This document shows, in pieces, positions 48,905 through 61,641 of a stretch of 64,000 nt of DNA. The DNA lies in NCBI GenBank assembly GCA_051362555.1, contig CM120642.1, positions 13,206,001-13,270,000 on the forward strand. The letters run 5' to 3'. The translations under genes were made by a program, and so were the position numbers. How positions within the stretch are numbered: the stretch's first letter is position 1; every line of letters begins with the position of its first letter. The notes under the pieces were generated by a model. It did no database searches. It was not told the origin of the DNA and saw only the letters and a list, made by a program, of their open reading frames with translations. This stretch comes from Lingula anatina (Eukaryota; Animalia; Brachiopoda).

Positions 48905-49705
48905 CTGACATGTGTTACGAAGAGCATGCTTTGACTATCTTATACATTCTGTGTTGAAAACAGTAATGGAAAACTAATCCAGACTAACAATTAAGTCTAA
49001 TGACTAACAAAGTTACAAGTATTTGTTTGGCATTATTTGATCCAGGATTTTATTTTTCTCTTTGAGTATGAGTGCCGATCGAACAGACAGGCAAAAATGG
49101 AAGATTTAAAAGAAAACATTTTGACTCCATATTAATTTCCTACTTTGTTGACCTGTGGTCTCAGAGAAAGGCAGAAAGTATATTTGTTATGATTGAATGT
49201 TTTTGACATTTAAACTTTGGATACAATAGTTGGAATAATGGTACTTATTCTTATAAAGAACAAAGAGAACAGATATTGACTAAGCTTAATGATAATGTTC
49301 TTTTTATTGAGTTAAGATTCGAATAAAGAGTCTCTGTAATATTTACAAAGGTGAAGTTGAGAAAGGACTCCACAAATTATGCTTTAAAGGGGTGATTTCT
49401 TGACTGAATTATAATGGTTATGCATTAATGACAGAATTTTGAGGAAAAATTTCCCTCACACAGGCATTTACCGTTTACACATGTTAATGCTAATGTTAAA
49501 ACATTTTATTTTACGTCTTTAGATATACAAGTTTAAAATTTTAACCCACATACAGTAATTGCAATCTCATTTTTCAGACAATGTTTCCTGTCTTTTAAGG
49601 AATGAAGATGTGATTTTATGTTGACTGAAGAAGGAGATTCTACAGTGTTTAACTATCGTAGCTGCAGAAACTCCTCAGTACTATTAGTGATTTAAATCAG
49701 AATCA

Positions 49706-49711
49706 AATAAA
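49706..49711 (+). terminator. Candidate PGLS polyadenylation signal (alternative at 49322)
   Basis: AATAAA followed by GT/T-rich downstream element (gagtgtttgttt). Confidence 0.5.
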
Positions 49712-50100
49712 AACTGTGAAGTATTTTTAATTAATGAGTGTTTGTTTATTAAACATATGAATAAGTCACAGAAGGAGTTTGATTTCCATCGATACGTAGA
49801 TTACCTATTTCAGGCCCGTGGCCAGCAATTTCAAAAGGGTGGACCTTTTCCCATAAAAACTTTATGTACCTAGATCAAATTCTAGATCATTAATGCTAGA
49901 TGAAGCATTACATTTTGATTGATTACAAACTGGATATGTTTGATTACCATGTTCCTTTTCATGACACTGTAAAAGTAACTACATCTGTATATCAACACCA
50001 TGGGCACATCTTGCGTTAAGATCATGCGCAGCTCTGAGACTCACAACTCGGGGAGTGGAATTAAATTCTTAAATGAAGGTATTTTTATTCCCCTCCCCTG

Positions 50101-53100
50101 TTCGTCATCCATGTTTTTGCTTCATATCGCGGATTCTCCAGTCCAACGCTAATGCGTCATTATGTCCAAGCTGGGACGAACACAGGAATGGCCGTAGCGC
50201 AATATCTCTCAGGTAAAATATTAAAGCATAATAGTCTATGGGCCAATGTAGACCCCCCTCCCCCCCCTTAGTGATTTTCGTTCACTATGTTTTTCTGATA
50301 GCTTAGGTCCTAAGCTTTGATTTTCCGCTTGTTTGCCATTAAACTGGTGGTGGGTGTGTGTGCTACAGCCGTTGCCATGGTAACGTCTGAGATTAAAAAT
50401 TGAAATTTCTGAGACCAAAAAAATATTAAATTATTCAAATGTGTTAAGTGAATGGAATTCAAAATCCTTTCAGATGTATAGTTTAAGAGCTGCACTATAC
50501 TTTATGATCCTCAAAATATTTCAAGATGGCTGTAAATTCAAGATGGCGGCCAATTTTAGCTAATTTTTTAGTAATTTCAATTATTTTTCATATTTGAGTG
50601 TTTATTCAATAATAAAGGAATAAGAATGTGGGATATGTTTTGATGCGCCGGAATAGCATACAACCTCTTCTTGCTACCTACAGTATTTATTTTAGATGAA
50701 ACCTTTTAATTTTGTTGTAAAATCCTGAAATCCAAAATGGTGGCCAAAATATAAGTCTGCTGTTCCAACTGGAAAGATGCCAGATTTATCATCAAAGTGT
50801 CATTCTTTATTACTTTTAATAAACTGAATTCGAGCTTAGGACTTTTTAAAACAATTTGCATTAATTCTGATTACATTAAGACTTTCAAAATTCAAAATGG
50901 CCGCCAATATGCTTATACACACTGGCTAAAATTGATATAATATATTCTTCCAACAGAATATTAATTTAAATTATCTCCCACCAACTTAGTCCCATTAGTG
51001 ATTTTTGTTTACTATTATTTTCTGGTAGGTTAGGCCCTTAGCTTTTATTTTTTGCTTGTTTGCCATTAACCTGGTGGTGGGTATGAGTAACAGAGCTGTT
51101 GCCATGGTAATGTCTGGTGTTGAAAATTGATATTTTTGAGACCAAAAATAAAAATTAAATATTCCAAATGCATTTAAAATCATGGAATTCACAATTATAC
51201 CAGATGTGTAAATTAAGAAGTGTGCTATACTTCACAATCATCAAAATGTCCCAAGATGGCAGCAAATTCAAGATGGCTGCCAATTATTGCTAATTTTTTA
51301 ATAATTTTGGGAATTTTATTATATTTGAGTTTTTTATTTAATTATTAAGAAATTGCAATGTGGCATGTGTTTTGATGTTCCATAATGGTAAAAAGCCTCT
51401 GCTGTCTGCCTAAAGTGCTTGTTGAAGATGTAAACTTTTAATTTTGACGTAAAATCCTGAAATCCAAGGTGGCTGCCACAAAACATGTCTTTTACATACG
51501 GCTGTCCTAACTGGACAGATGCCACATTAATCATCCCAAATTACATTCTTTATTACTTTTAGGTGTACTGAATATGGACCTAGGACCCTTTTCTATAAAT
51601 TGTGTTAATTCAGATTGCATTATGACATTCAAAATTCAAAATGGCCGCCAATTTGCTTACACGTGAAATGATATAATACATTATTCCAATACAAAATAAA
51701 ATTTAATAAACTCAAGCTAGCTCAGCCCTATTAGCAATTTTTTTTACTATGATTTTCTGATAGCTTGGGCCCTAAGTTCAAATATTCTGCTTGTTTGCCA
51801 TGTAATAGGTGAAAGGTGTGACAGATTCAGCTGTTGCTATAGTAACACAGGGGTTTTAAAATTATAATTTCTGAGACCTTTAAATTGCCATGTATTTCAA
51901 ATATATGATCTCGCTGTATTGTAAACTTTTTTAAAAAATTAGACTTGGACCTCAGTTATCAACAAAATTATTTGAAAAAATTATCGTAGTTAAATTGCCA
52001 AAATGGCAGCCAATCCAAGATGACGATAGATTTATGTTAATTTTCTTCTTATTACTGAAAGTAGCTTTTTGTAAACTTTGAAAGCAGCATTGGAATTGAA
52101 AAATGTTAGGTTTTTGGATATGCTGATATGAACAGAATTGCATAATTACTGTTTACAGTGATTGTTACTCCTATATCCTCTTTTGTAAGTGTAATAAAAC
52201 CTAAAACCCATGGTGGCCATCACAAAACAGGGTTCATACATATTGCTGTGCTGACCGAATATATATTACATTTTCGTTTCAAAATGCCTCTTGTGCTCTT
52301 TCTGATAAACTGAATTAACCTATTAGGATATTATCTAAATATAAATCATTTCTATTCATTTTCAGCCAAATTATATTTACTTGGCTATTCCAAAATTCAC
52401 CATGGCCACAAATGGCCATGACAGTGCAGGTATGAATTTTGCTGCAATAATATTAAACAGTGCAACAAACACATAATTCTAAATTCTAATTAATTATAAT
52501 CAAATATGCCCTTTCTACACTGCTTTCACGGAAACACTTGTCCATATTTAGTTAAATATTTAGGATTAAGGCTTTTTGGAAATGGATGAAATGTCTTGGC
52601 TGTAGTCTTTTTTCATGAAGAATGTTCACTGGAAAGCCAATTAAAATTTGCTTTTACCTCTGAAACTGAGTTTTTGTTACAATCTAAGATGGTGTTCATC
52701 TATATGGATAAATGGAATAAAACATTTACATGTATATGCCATAACTCAGCTTCAAACTGCTAGAGAGGTAAAATTATATCCACGTTTTGGAAAAATCAAT
52801 ATATCCACTAACTTCAACTGAATATATAATTTAATTTTTTATAACATTTTACTTAAAATATAATTTATAGAAATGCAAAATCGCCATCTATATTTGCAAA
52901 CTAGTTGCCTTTCACTCAAAATCAGACTATTTTGTGTCATTCAACTTGCCCAATAGATGGTAAGAGATGATCAAATAATTTCAGCCATCTACCGCACGAT
53001 AATTTAAATACTTGTAGACCATATTGAGTTATTACAAATGTTCACGATCTTGGCTTCATATTATTCAAATTCAATACATTAAAAGGTAGCAACAAATACA

Positions 53101-55268
53101 AAAGAATAAAAGAAGGCAATTTCGGAGAACAATATACAATATTAGAAGTTTAATAGGACAGTAATATATACCAAAGTAAATCACCCAGGATTTGTTGGGG
53201 TCATTTTGGATTTCAAGTTTTTTTTTTTTTTGTTCTTAAAATGATAATTATAGGAATAACAAACACTATAAACCGTAAGTAAAGACTAAATACCATATGG
53301 ATATCAAAATACTTAACATTTCTCGATCCCATTAAATTTATTAAATTTTCAACGTTAGTTACTTACAGTAGAAACAGGTTTAGATATTGCTGCCATCTTG
53401 AAAAAAATCACATCGTCTTGGATGTTCAAAGAATGTTTTGCCATCATACCACGAATACAGCTGTCTTCTTAAGTTTACATTATTGTTGAAGTTAATATAT
53501 TTGAAATGTATGAAATTTTCTTAGTCTCAGAAATGTCAATTTCGAACCCCTGTGTTAGTATGGCAATGGCTGGGTTAATAGAATAGAAAACAAGCAGAAA
53601 ATGGGATCTTAGGATGTAAGCGATATATATAATAGTAAATAAAAGTCGCTGAAGGGGGATTCAGGTTAATAAAATCAATCTAAGTAACATTCTTTTGGAA
53701 TATGATTTTCAATCAATTTTTTAGCAAGAGTGTATCATATTGACCATAAATATATAGTCCCCTATACTCAAATGCGACAGAATACATTAGTATTTCAACT
53801 CAAAAGTATTCTTTCCCATGTCAAATGTGAGTGATTAGCATGTACATGAAACTTTGTGTGATTTCTTAGGTCAAATGTAAGTGACTTGCATTTATTGGGG
53901 GAGGGTATTATAGGTCTTTTATCTAGTCTAGGTTATTGTTGACCATTTGATCTTTCTTTTTTTTAATCATTTTGCATGACCACACATCTAGTAGTGATCA
54001 GCACTATTAAAACATAAGTATTCATCCAAACTTAAGCTAAAATTAGGAATATTGCTGTCATATTTTAGTCTACTGGTTACAAAGATGTAAATTCACGGTC
54101 ATTGGCGGCCATTTTGAATTTTGAAAGCCATACTGTAATCCAAATTAAGTCAAGTAATTGAAAAGGGTTCTGTTTTTATATTCAGTGCACCAAAAGTAAT
54201 GAAGAACTTAATTTGGGATGATAAATCTGTCATATTTCCAGACAGGACAGCTACATGTAAAAGACTTGTTTTGTGGCAGCCATGTTGGATTTCAGGATTT
54301 TTCATCTCAATAAAAAGATTGCACCTTGAACAAACACTACAGGCAGAAAGTAGAGATTCCATGCTACACTGGTGCATCAAAATATCCCAGATATTGCAAT
54401 TCTTTAATAATTAAATAAGAATTAAAAAATTAAAAATTATCCAAATTTCTGAAAAAACAGCAAAAATTGGCCACCATCTTGGATTTGCCGCCATCTTGGA
54501 AAATTTTGTTCATCGTTAGGTATAGTGCACATCTTAGACTACATGTCTAGAATGATTTTGAATTCTATTTAGTTTATGTATTTGAAATATTTTAGATTTT
54601 GTTGGGCTCAGAAATGTCAATTTTTAACCCGTGTGTTACCATGGCAACGGCTGTAGCACCCACACCCACCACCAGTTTAATGGCAAACAAGCAGAAAATA
54701 AAAGCTAAGGACCTAAGCTATCAGAAAAACATAGTGAACGAAAATCACTAAGGGGGGGGAGGGTTTCGGTATTTGGCCCACGGACTATAAGAAGCAGTTA
54801 ATCTAAATCCTTATTTCTTTAGCTCGTGTAAAAACGATCGGGATAAGTTAGCTATACTAGTAGCTTGGACATTTGGAAATAGATACATATATCTGGTACA
54901 AAGGTGGTGTTGTTATTTAAGAGAAATCTTCCATATAAAGAAAGTACTGGTACTTTGAAAAGACAAAATTAAGCAACACATTGAGAAAGGCTATTTTTTC
55001 TGAGCTCTTTATTTCTCCTCACATTATGTAAATTAATAACCTTTTGTTTTATTGTGCATACCAAATCGATGATGCAGGATATCGATAAGATCCTTTTTTC
55101 CCCATTATTTCAGGTGCTATACATGACTGGCAGAAATCCTACTCACTGGTATTTGTGATATTAGCGCTTGGGTATTTAATATGTGGCCTAACCGTGTTCG
55201 CTATTGTAGCTATGAATACATTTTTGGCGAAGACAAAATATTCGAAGACTATTCCTGTGCAGAAGTAA
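50101..55268 (+). pseudogene. Orphan 3' fragment (last two exons) of an MFS/SLC16-like transporter gene
   Basis: Exon ending ...YVQAGTNTGMAVAQYLS-G at phase-1 donor cag|gtaaaa (50212) fits acceptor ccccattatttcag|55114, giving GAIHDWQKSYSLVFVILALGYLICGLTVFAIVAMNTFLAKTKYSKTIPVQK* (stop ends 55268). This resembles the G-x-x-x-D-x-x-x-S-Y + TM12 end of monocarboxylate-type MFS carriers. In-frame stops lie upstream of ~50080 and no earlier exons were found. Confidence 0.6.
50232..54787. mobile_element. Non-autonomous DNA transposon with ~680-bp terminal inverted repeats (Academ-like or PIF/Harbinger-like; foldback structure)
   Basis: Left end tagtctatgggccaa...ttagtgattttcgttcactatgtttttctgatagcttaggtcc is the reverse complement of right end ggacctaagctatcagaaaaacatagtgaacgaaaatcactaa...ttggcccacggacta. 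Homology extends to ~50908 / ~54101. Flanked by TAA (50229-50231 and 54788-54790). No transposase ORF. Confidence 0.9.
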
Positions 55269-55911
55269 ACGCGAGTTAGTAGCCTAACTGGGTACTGCGT
55301 CATTATTGTATTATGAAATTATATTGTCACATGCGCTGTGTAACAGTAAAGTGTTTGATTCAAACTTTTTAACGGACATGTCAAAGACACGTTTGAGGCA
55401 CGTAAGATATTCATTATAGTGTACAAAAGAAGTATATTTTTCTACTATTACGATATCAGCATTGGTGAAGGCTTTTAAAAGGACTGTCCTGTGGTCGAAG
55501 CAAAGGTGCTAACAAACTGCTCAAAAGAAATCTACGAAACGTGCAAAAGCACTGCTTTTCGGCTATGCTGGAGATCATTATAGAGGTGTAGCATCATACA
55601 CTGTCGATATGGGTATAGAATTACAGTATGACTAACTTATCACTTTCCGACTGCATGCTAAAACTTCAACAAATATAATGGAGTGCAAATAAATAAGTAT
55701 TATGGAAAACAAACCCCATGGTGCTGCGGATTAGTTATAGACTGTAAAGGTAAAATATGCTGAGTGAAAGTTTAACGTTTTAATTAAATCCTCCAATTCA
55801 GCGTTTTTTTCTCGTGTGACGTGGCGTCTAAGAAAGAAACCAAGTACAACAGGCTTAATGTTTGGCAGTGAGGAAAATATCCATGGGGGATGGGGTGGTG
55901 GTGGTGGTGCT

Positions 55912-56010
55912 CAATGGCGGATTTAGTGGGGGGTCAGGGGGGTCCTGACCCTCCCTTCGATTTCTGAAAAATGTATCACATCAATATTCCCCTCTTGAAA
56001 TTGGACCCTG
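55912..56010 (+). mobile_element. MITE-like remnant, left terminus of CAGTGGCGGAT type (hAT-like)
   Basis: caatggcggatttagtggggggtcaggggggtcctgaccc terminus; the following ccttcgatttctgaaaaa...cctcttgaaatt is shared with 61436-61500. Confidence 0.5.
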
Positions 56011-58504
56011 CTTAATCCTCTTGGAGACTTATTGTGCCTTCAAATAAACCAGACTATAATCCAAATGAAAATGCAAAATCCAAATGAAAATGTTTTCAAC
56101 AGCAACCCCTCAATAAAAATGTGCCTAACCCGTTGAAATTTGCATAACAGAAAGTTGCTCAGCGCAGTGCGCACTACTCGTATCTTCTTGACTGGTCACT
56201 TGACAGCTGCACACTGTAAGGACAGGACGCTAATATGTGTGATGAAGACGCAGAGTCGGAATTTTCATTCAGCTTCGAGAACAAATTGTCATGTAAGCAA
56301 ATGCATGTTTTTCACGAGTTAAAACTACCAGATAAAATTTCTCATTATTTTACTCCTTCTAAACTTCAAGTTGGTCTTAGTAGTTGACTGGATTTAAGAA
56401 AAGTTGCATAGTGATATCTTCAAAAATCATGAAAAGCACGTTCTGCCAGTAAAAACACAAATATAATATGAAGAAAGTTATATTAGATATTATGATTTTT
56501 GGTGCCCAGATGCTATTACTTCAATGTCACTCGATGTACGTAATTAGGCCACCTGAACACATTTCGTATTTTAAGCACTTCCATAGTACATGTACTTGAT
56601 ATATTAGTGTGAACCTTCTCAGATGCCTACATAACAAACGGATCAGTATAACAGTGCATCTAGTTTTAACAATATTTTTAAAAAGATTTCCATATTTCAA
56701 TCGGAACATTAACGAGAGAAAACTATTTAAGTTTTTCACGATGACGTGTTTGTGTATGTTAGCCTTCTAGACTCTAGATAAAGCTTTGACTTAAGGTTAT
56801 TGAAACCCTTTATTATCATCCAGATACCAAAACGAGTTTTTCCTTTATATAATCATTCAACAATGCATCCATTTTTGTGCTGATTTAAAACAATGAAAAA
56901 AACCTCGAAAATATAAAATATCGGCGTTTATATTTTTTCGTTGCCATGTGTAAGCATAGGCATCTCAAAGCTTTAATCGTCAATTTAACACTTTTCTATT
57001 TTGAGGTGATATAGCAATCGGTATGGGGTGTAACTTCACCCCTGAACAAGATTTTGTCAAGAAAATTGGCATAGTTAAAAAGGAGTGTATAGGCTACAAT
57101 CCTCTGCCTCTATCCACAGTTAGTACGATAGGGTCTGGGAATGGTCCCTTAACGTTGTAAACGCTTTCCAAATTATTTCTTGTGATTCTTCTCATCGTGA
57201 TATATCAAATTTTTTAAACCTTGCATACAAACCCCGTTTTTAGTCGACATTTCAAATTTGGTGTTCAGTTAGCCTCAATGTGATTTTTTTCTGCATGAGC
57301 ATTTTTTTTTTCATTTTCAGTTAATCTAATCTTTATTCGGATTCACTGCTTTTGAAGAAGATTGAAATATTGCCATTTAAATTTTATTTTGATATTTCAG
57401 AACTGCAAACGCCTTTGTCGAGATCCTGCAGAGTGCACGTGCGCCTGACTAAAGCTTTCTTGGTCTCCGAGACGTATTGTAAAATCTGCCGTAGATCCAG
57501 ATCCATTTGCACCGCAGATGCTATATGTTGAAAATTGTACATAGTCTCTCTCTCTATCACTGAAATTTTTAACACATTTTAACATTTATATATATAGATA
57601 TATTATGCCCTAGCGAGTGATCATAATATTTTTATAATTATACCTTAGGGTATGCTATGTACATCATTTTATTTGGAACCAATCCAGCGTCCTTTTAAAT
57701 TCACCTCAGTATGAAATAGTGCAATTATTAAAGTGTTTAAAAAGGCATGATGTATTTTTCAGAGTGTTTGCAAATCACAAATTTCAAAGTTGAGATTAAA
57801 AACGCAATTTTCACGATGTTGAAACTCGGGTAAGATTATTTAGCCAATCGACTATATCCTATCAAATACAATCAACTATATTCTATAATTTGCATTGTAT
57901 AAATACATTTTTATTGTTAATATTTACACTTGTGAATGACAAGCAATTTATGAAAATAAATGCGCTTTTTTTGGGGGGGGGGAGTATTTTCTTATTCAAT
58001 CGAATATACACATTATTAAAGTAAAATTGTACTGTATTTTTAGAATCTTTACTATACTCTATTTGGAATTCATTTTTGTTCTCCAGATTAAATCTAAAAG
58101 TGCTTTAAAATTTTGTAAATGAAAAATTTGAAATTAACACAAAGCAGTTTCATCACAATGGCACGAATTATTAATATGAGTAAATTCTGTAGGGACTAAT
58201 TTTCAGATAAATCATTTCCGGTCAAATTCAAATGGTTAACATCACCTGTCGGCCTATTCTTTGTCCAATAAATCCAGTCCTGTTCAAAGACTGTTCTATT
58301 TCCTCATTATCTTTTATTATTTGAGCACATGAGACCTCCAGTAAATATTTGTTTCTTCGTGGTTTTCTGTCATTAAAGATGTCATAATAAATGATACATT
58401 GAAAATATTGTCTTTGCTTGTAGATTGGAATGAATGATACTTGCATGACTGTATTGATACGAGTGAAAGAAAAAAAGCGTCTCGTCTTTGGGCGATTCAA
58501 TCAA

Positions 58505-59335
58505 ATTTGCGGGGTGAAAGGTGGAACAAGTCCATTTGTTTTGAGGGGATGTCAGGTGGGGCGAGTTCATTCCATTTGAGGGGTGGCAGGTGGGGCGATT
58601 CCATTCCATATTAGGGGTGACAGGTTGGGCGAGTTCATTCAATTTGAGGGGTGCCAGGTGGGGAGATTCCATTCCATTTGAGGGGTGACAGGTTGGGCGA
58701 TTCCATTCCATTTGAGGGGTGACAGGTTGGGCGAGTTCATTCAATTTGAGGGGTGCCAGGTGGGGAGATTCCATTTCATTTGAGGGGTGGGAGGTGGGGC
58801 GATTCCATTCCATTTGAGGGGTGACAGGTGGGGCGAGTTCATTCCATTTGAGGGGTGGCAGGTGGGGCGAGTTCATTCAATTTGAGGGATGGCAGGTGGG
58901 GCGATTCCATTCCATTTAAGGGGTGACAGGTTGGGCGAGTCCATTCCATGTTAGGGGTGGCAGGTGGGGCGAGTTCATTCCATGTGAGGGGTGGCAGTTG
59001 GGGCAAGTTCATTCCATGTGAGGGGTGGCAGGTGGGGCGAGTCCATTCCATTTGAGGGGTGGCAGGTGGAGCGATTCCATTCCATTTGAGGGGTGACAGG
59101 TGGGGCGAGTTCATTCAATTTGAGGGGTGGCAGGTGGGGCAAGTTCATTCAATTTGAGGGGTGGCAGGTGGGGCGATTCCATTCCATTTCAGGGGTGACA
59201 GGTGGAGCAAGTTCATTCAATTTGAGGGGTGGCAGGTGGGGCAAGTTCATTCAATTTGAGGGGTGGCAGGTGGGGCAATTCCATTCCATTTTAGAGGAAT
59301 AGGGTGGGATGACCCCATTTCATTTGAGGGGTGAC
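58505..59335. repeat. 34-bp G-rich minisatellite, about 24 copies
   Basis: Unit ~ttcattccatttgaggggtggcaggtggggcgag; the 34-aa period of the shadow ORF (102 nt = 3 units) confirms the unit length. Confidence 0.95.
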
Positions 59336-61435
59336 ATGCATGTTGCTACAAACAAATTTAAATCTTATATCTTGGAAGATTGTAAATTTATACTTTATAT
59401 TGAAATGTTCTTTCAGCAGAATTAAACCTTTAATGTCCAATTTCATATTTACAAAATACTGTGCATAATTATAAAGCTTTAAACCATTTCAATTTTCAAT
59501 TTTTCAATAAATATCGCAGGTTTTTATAGAAAACCGTCATTCCCAAAAGAAAACTGCATAATATTTCCAGATTGAACTTGAAATAGTTATCACATAAACA
59601 GTAATCTTTTCCCATTCCCATTTTAATATTGCTGTGCTGTGTATTCTATATCAATATAAAAAATAACGAGGAATTACAAAAATATTTATTCGGATTTGAT
59701 ATAAAGATACATAAAATTGAGCATGATATATGTCAACCAAAGATCTTGTTGCTTGGAGGCTCATGTTGCACAGTTTCTCCCTGGGCCTCTGAAATGACAA
59801 AATAACACATGGAAATTTTGATTCAACTGACAGACAGATCATTTTGACTTATTCTAGAGAAGCGCAAAACATCTTACTTGAACATTTTCTTTTAAGAATA
59901 TATGAAATAAACTACACATAACTTGGATTAAAGTACAATCAAGTTTTAAAAATACATGTAGTTAGTCGTGTAATGGAGGGACAGAATGCACACTGGAGAC
60001 GGTAGTCAACCTGCGTAAAATTTTCATCTTTAAAATATCGCTTTATGAGCAATTTACATGTGCGTTAACGTGTGTGTTGTATTATAGTAAAAACACTTAC
60101 CTTACAAAAAGATCTTTAACAGCATAAATGGGTTGTCCAAGTGTAAATCTGAAACAAGTAAGAGTACTTTAATAGCTATATGATACCTTATTCTTGTAGT
60201 AATAATAATAATGATAAAATGATGTATTTTAAAATTTTCTAATTCTTTCCATGTGAAATGATCAATCCATATCAGTAAATCAGTAAATATACCCAAAAGA
60301 AATCGCTGAAAACCATAGAAATTGTCTTTAAAAGCTACGTTTGAAATTGTTATTAAATTTGACTTTAAAATTGATGTACACCTTGATAGGGCAGACTTCC
60401 TGTATCCAAAATTCAGCACTATGACAAGTAACGGTAGCTAAATGAATCAGTCTTTTTTGCGCAGTTGTGTTTATATTTACACGAAAACATTTTAAATTGA
60501 GTCACAAATGCGCTTACAATTGCCAGGGGTCATACAAATATTCACACGTGCAGAACTAAATACAGTTAGTTTGAAAGATTTCAAGCAAACCTATTGTTTC
60601 ATCAATGGTCAGCTGATAGCACCATTTCTCCTGTACGTTTGTAATCCCAGGCCAAGGCATTGTTACCAACATATTCTGACATTGTGAGTGGCATAAAAGT
60701 AATGATGTGTGCATAATAGTACAACAAATCACGCTACTAATATCTACAATAAATTTTCTCTCATTCGGTGCACTTGTATTTTATTGAGAGAGGTTATTGA
60801 AGAATTAGTGCTACTTACCATATGATGGCTTCTACGTCTTATAAAATTCACCACACATAATGTTGCGTCTTCACTCAACTGTGCCCAACTGCAGAGTGAG
60901 TATTCAGCTCGCACGACGACCGGAAATCTATTGTTATGCAAATAACAACAGATTTTGCCCAAGTGTGAGTAATGGCTAAAACTGCTCACATATGTTCACT
61001 GTCAAAATATTAGCAGTACATTTTTCATACAACTGAAGTCCACTTGTTGTTAAAATATATTACTTAAATACAAAAACTACTTTTAAAAACCATAATCGAA
61101 TAAAGCGTTTTTATGACTCTGTCTATATCTTAAAACCCACAGTGTTTTATATAATGAAGTAGAAATAGTTAAATATGGACAGGACAAACGGGTCCTTTCA
61201 ACGTAACTGGTGGCTAGCATTGTCATTCCGAGCGAAGTTGTATTGGTCACACATGTTTTTTTTTACTTTAGTACCATTCTTTCTAAGTATTATGTAGGCT
61301 TTAAAAGACAGAGGTTCGTGGAAAGACATTTTCAATTAGTATGTAGAATGTCGGTTTTGTATGATTTCCAAAGGAGACGATAACGATTACATGGCCATTT
61401 TAACAACTTTTCCCGAAATGATATATTGGAAAATG

Positions 61436-61641
61436 GTCCTGCCCCCCCCCCTTTCGATTACTGAAAAAAAATCACACCAATGGTCCCTCTTGAAATTTGA
61501 ATTTTGACCGTACCAGATAGCACCGTTCGCCCTCTACCCAATTTTTTCGGGGACCTTCAGCGTGCCCCGAATCCCTCGCCAAGGGGAGGGGGTGGCTTCG
61601 CATCCACGGACCCCCCTTCAAATAATCCTGGATCCGCTCTG
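61436..61641 (+). mobile_element. GC-rich MITE-like element, same family as 55912 (right terminus ...cctggatccgctctg)
   Basis: Shares ~60 bp with 55941-56005 and ends in the reverse complement of CAGAGCGGATCCAGG, a hAT-like terminal motif; left terminus missing. Confidence 0.55.

Noticed and set aside
50236-54414. Short ORFs inside the transposon as possible transposase
   Set aside because: They lie in the repeated TIR units, are under 80 aa and lack DDE-type motifs.
56791-57152. Possible TTAA-flanked (Kolobok/piggyBac-like) element
   Set aside because: Candidate ends do not form matching inverted repeats.
57384-57585. GC-richer patch with Cys-containing frames after a tttcag acceptor-like site
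   Set aside because: No partner exon or recognisable domain; cannot be supported without a search.
58382-59302. Repetitive ORFs (MEWNRPTCHPS...) and superficial CRISPR-like periodicity
   Set aside because: Translation of a 34-bp head-to-tail minisatellite; no unique spacers, no cas genes, eukaryotic context.
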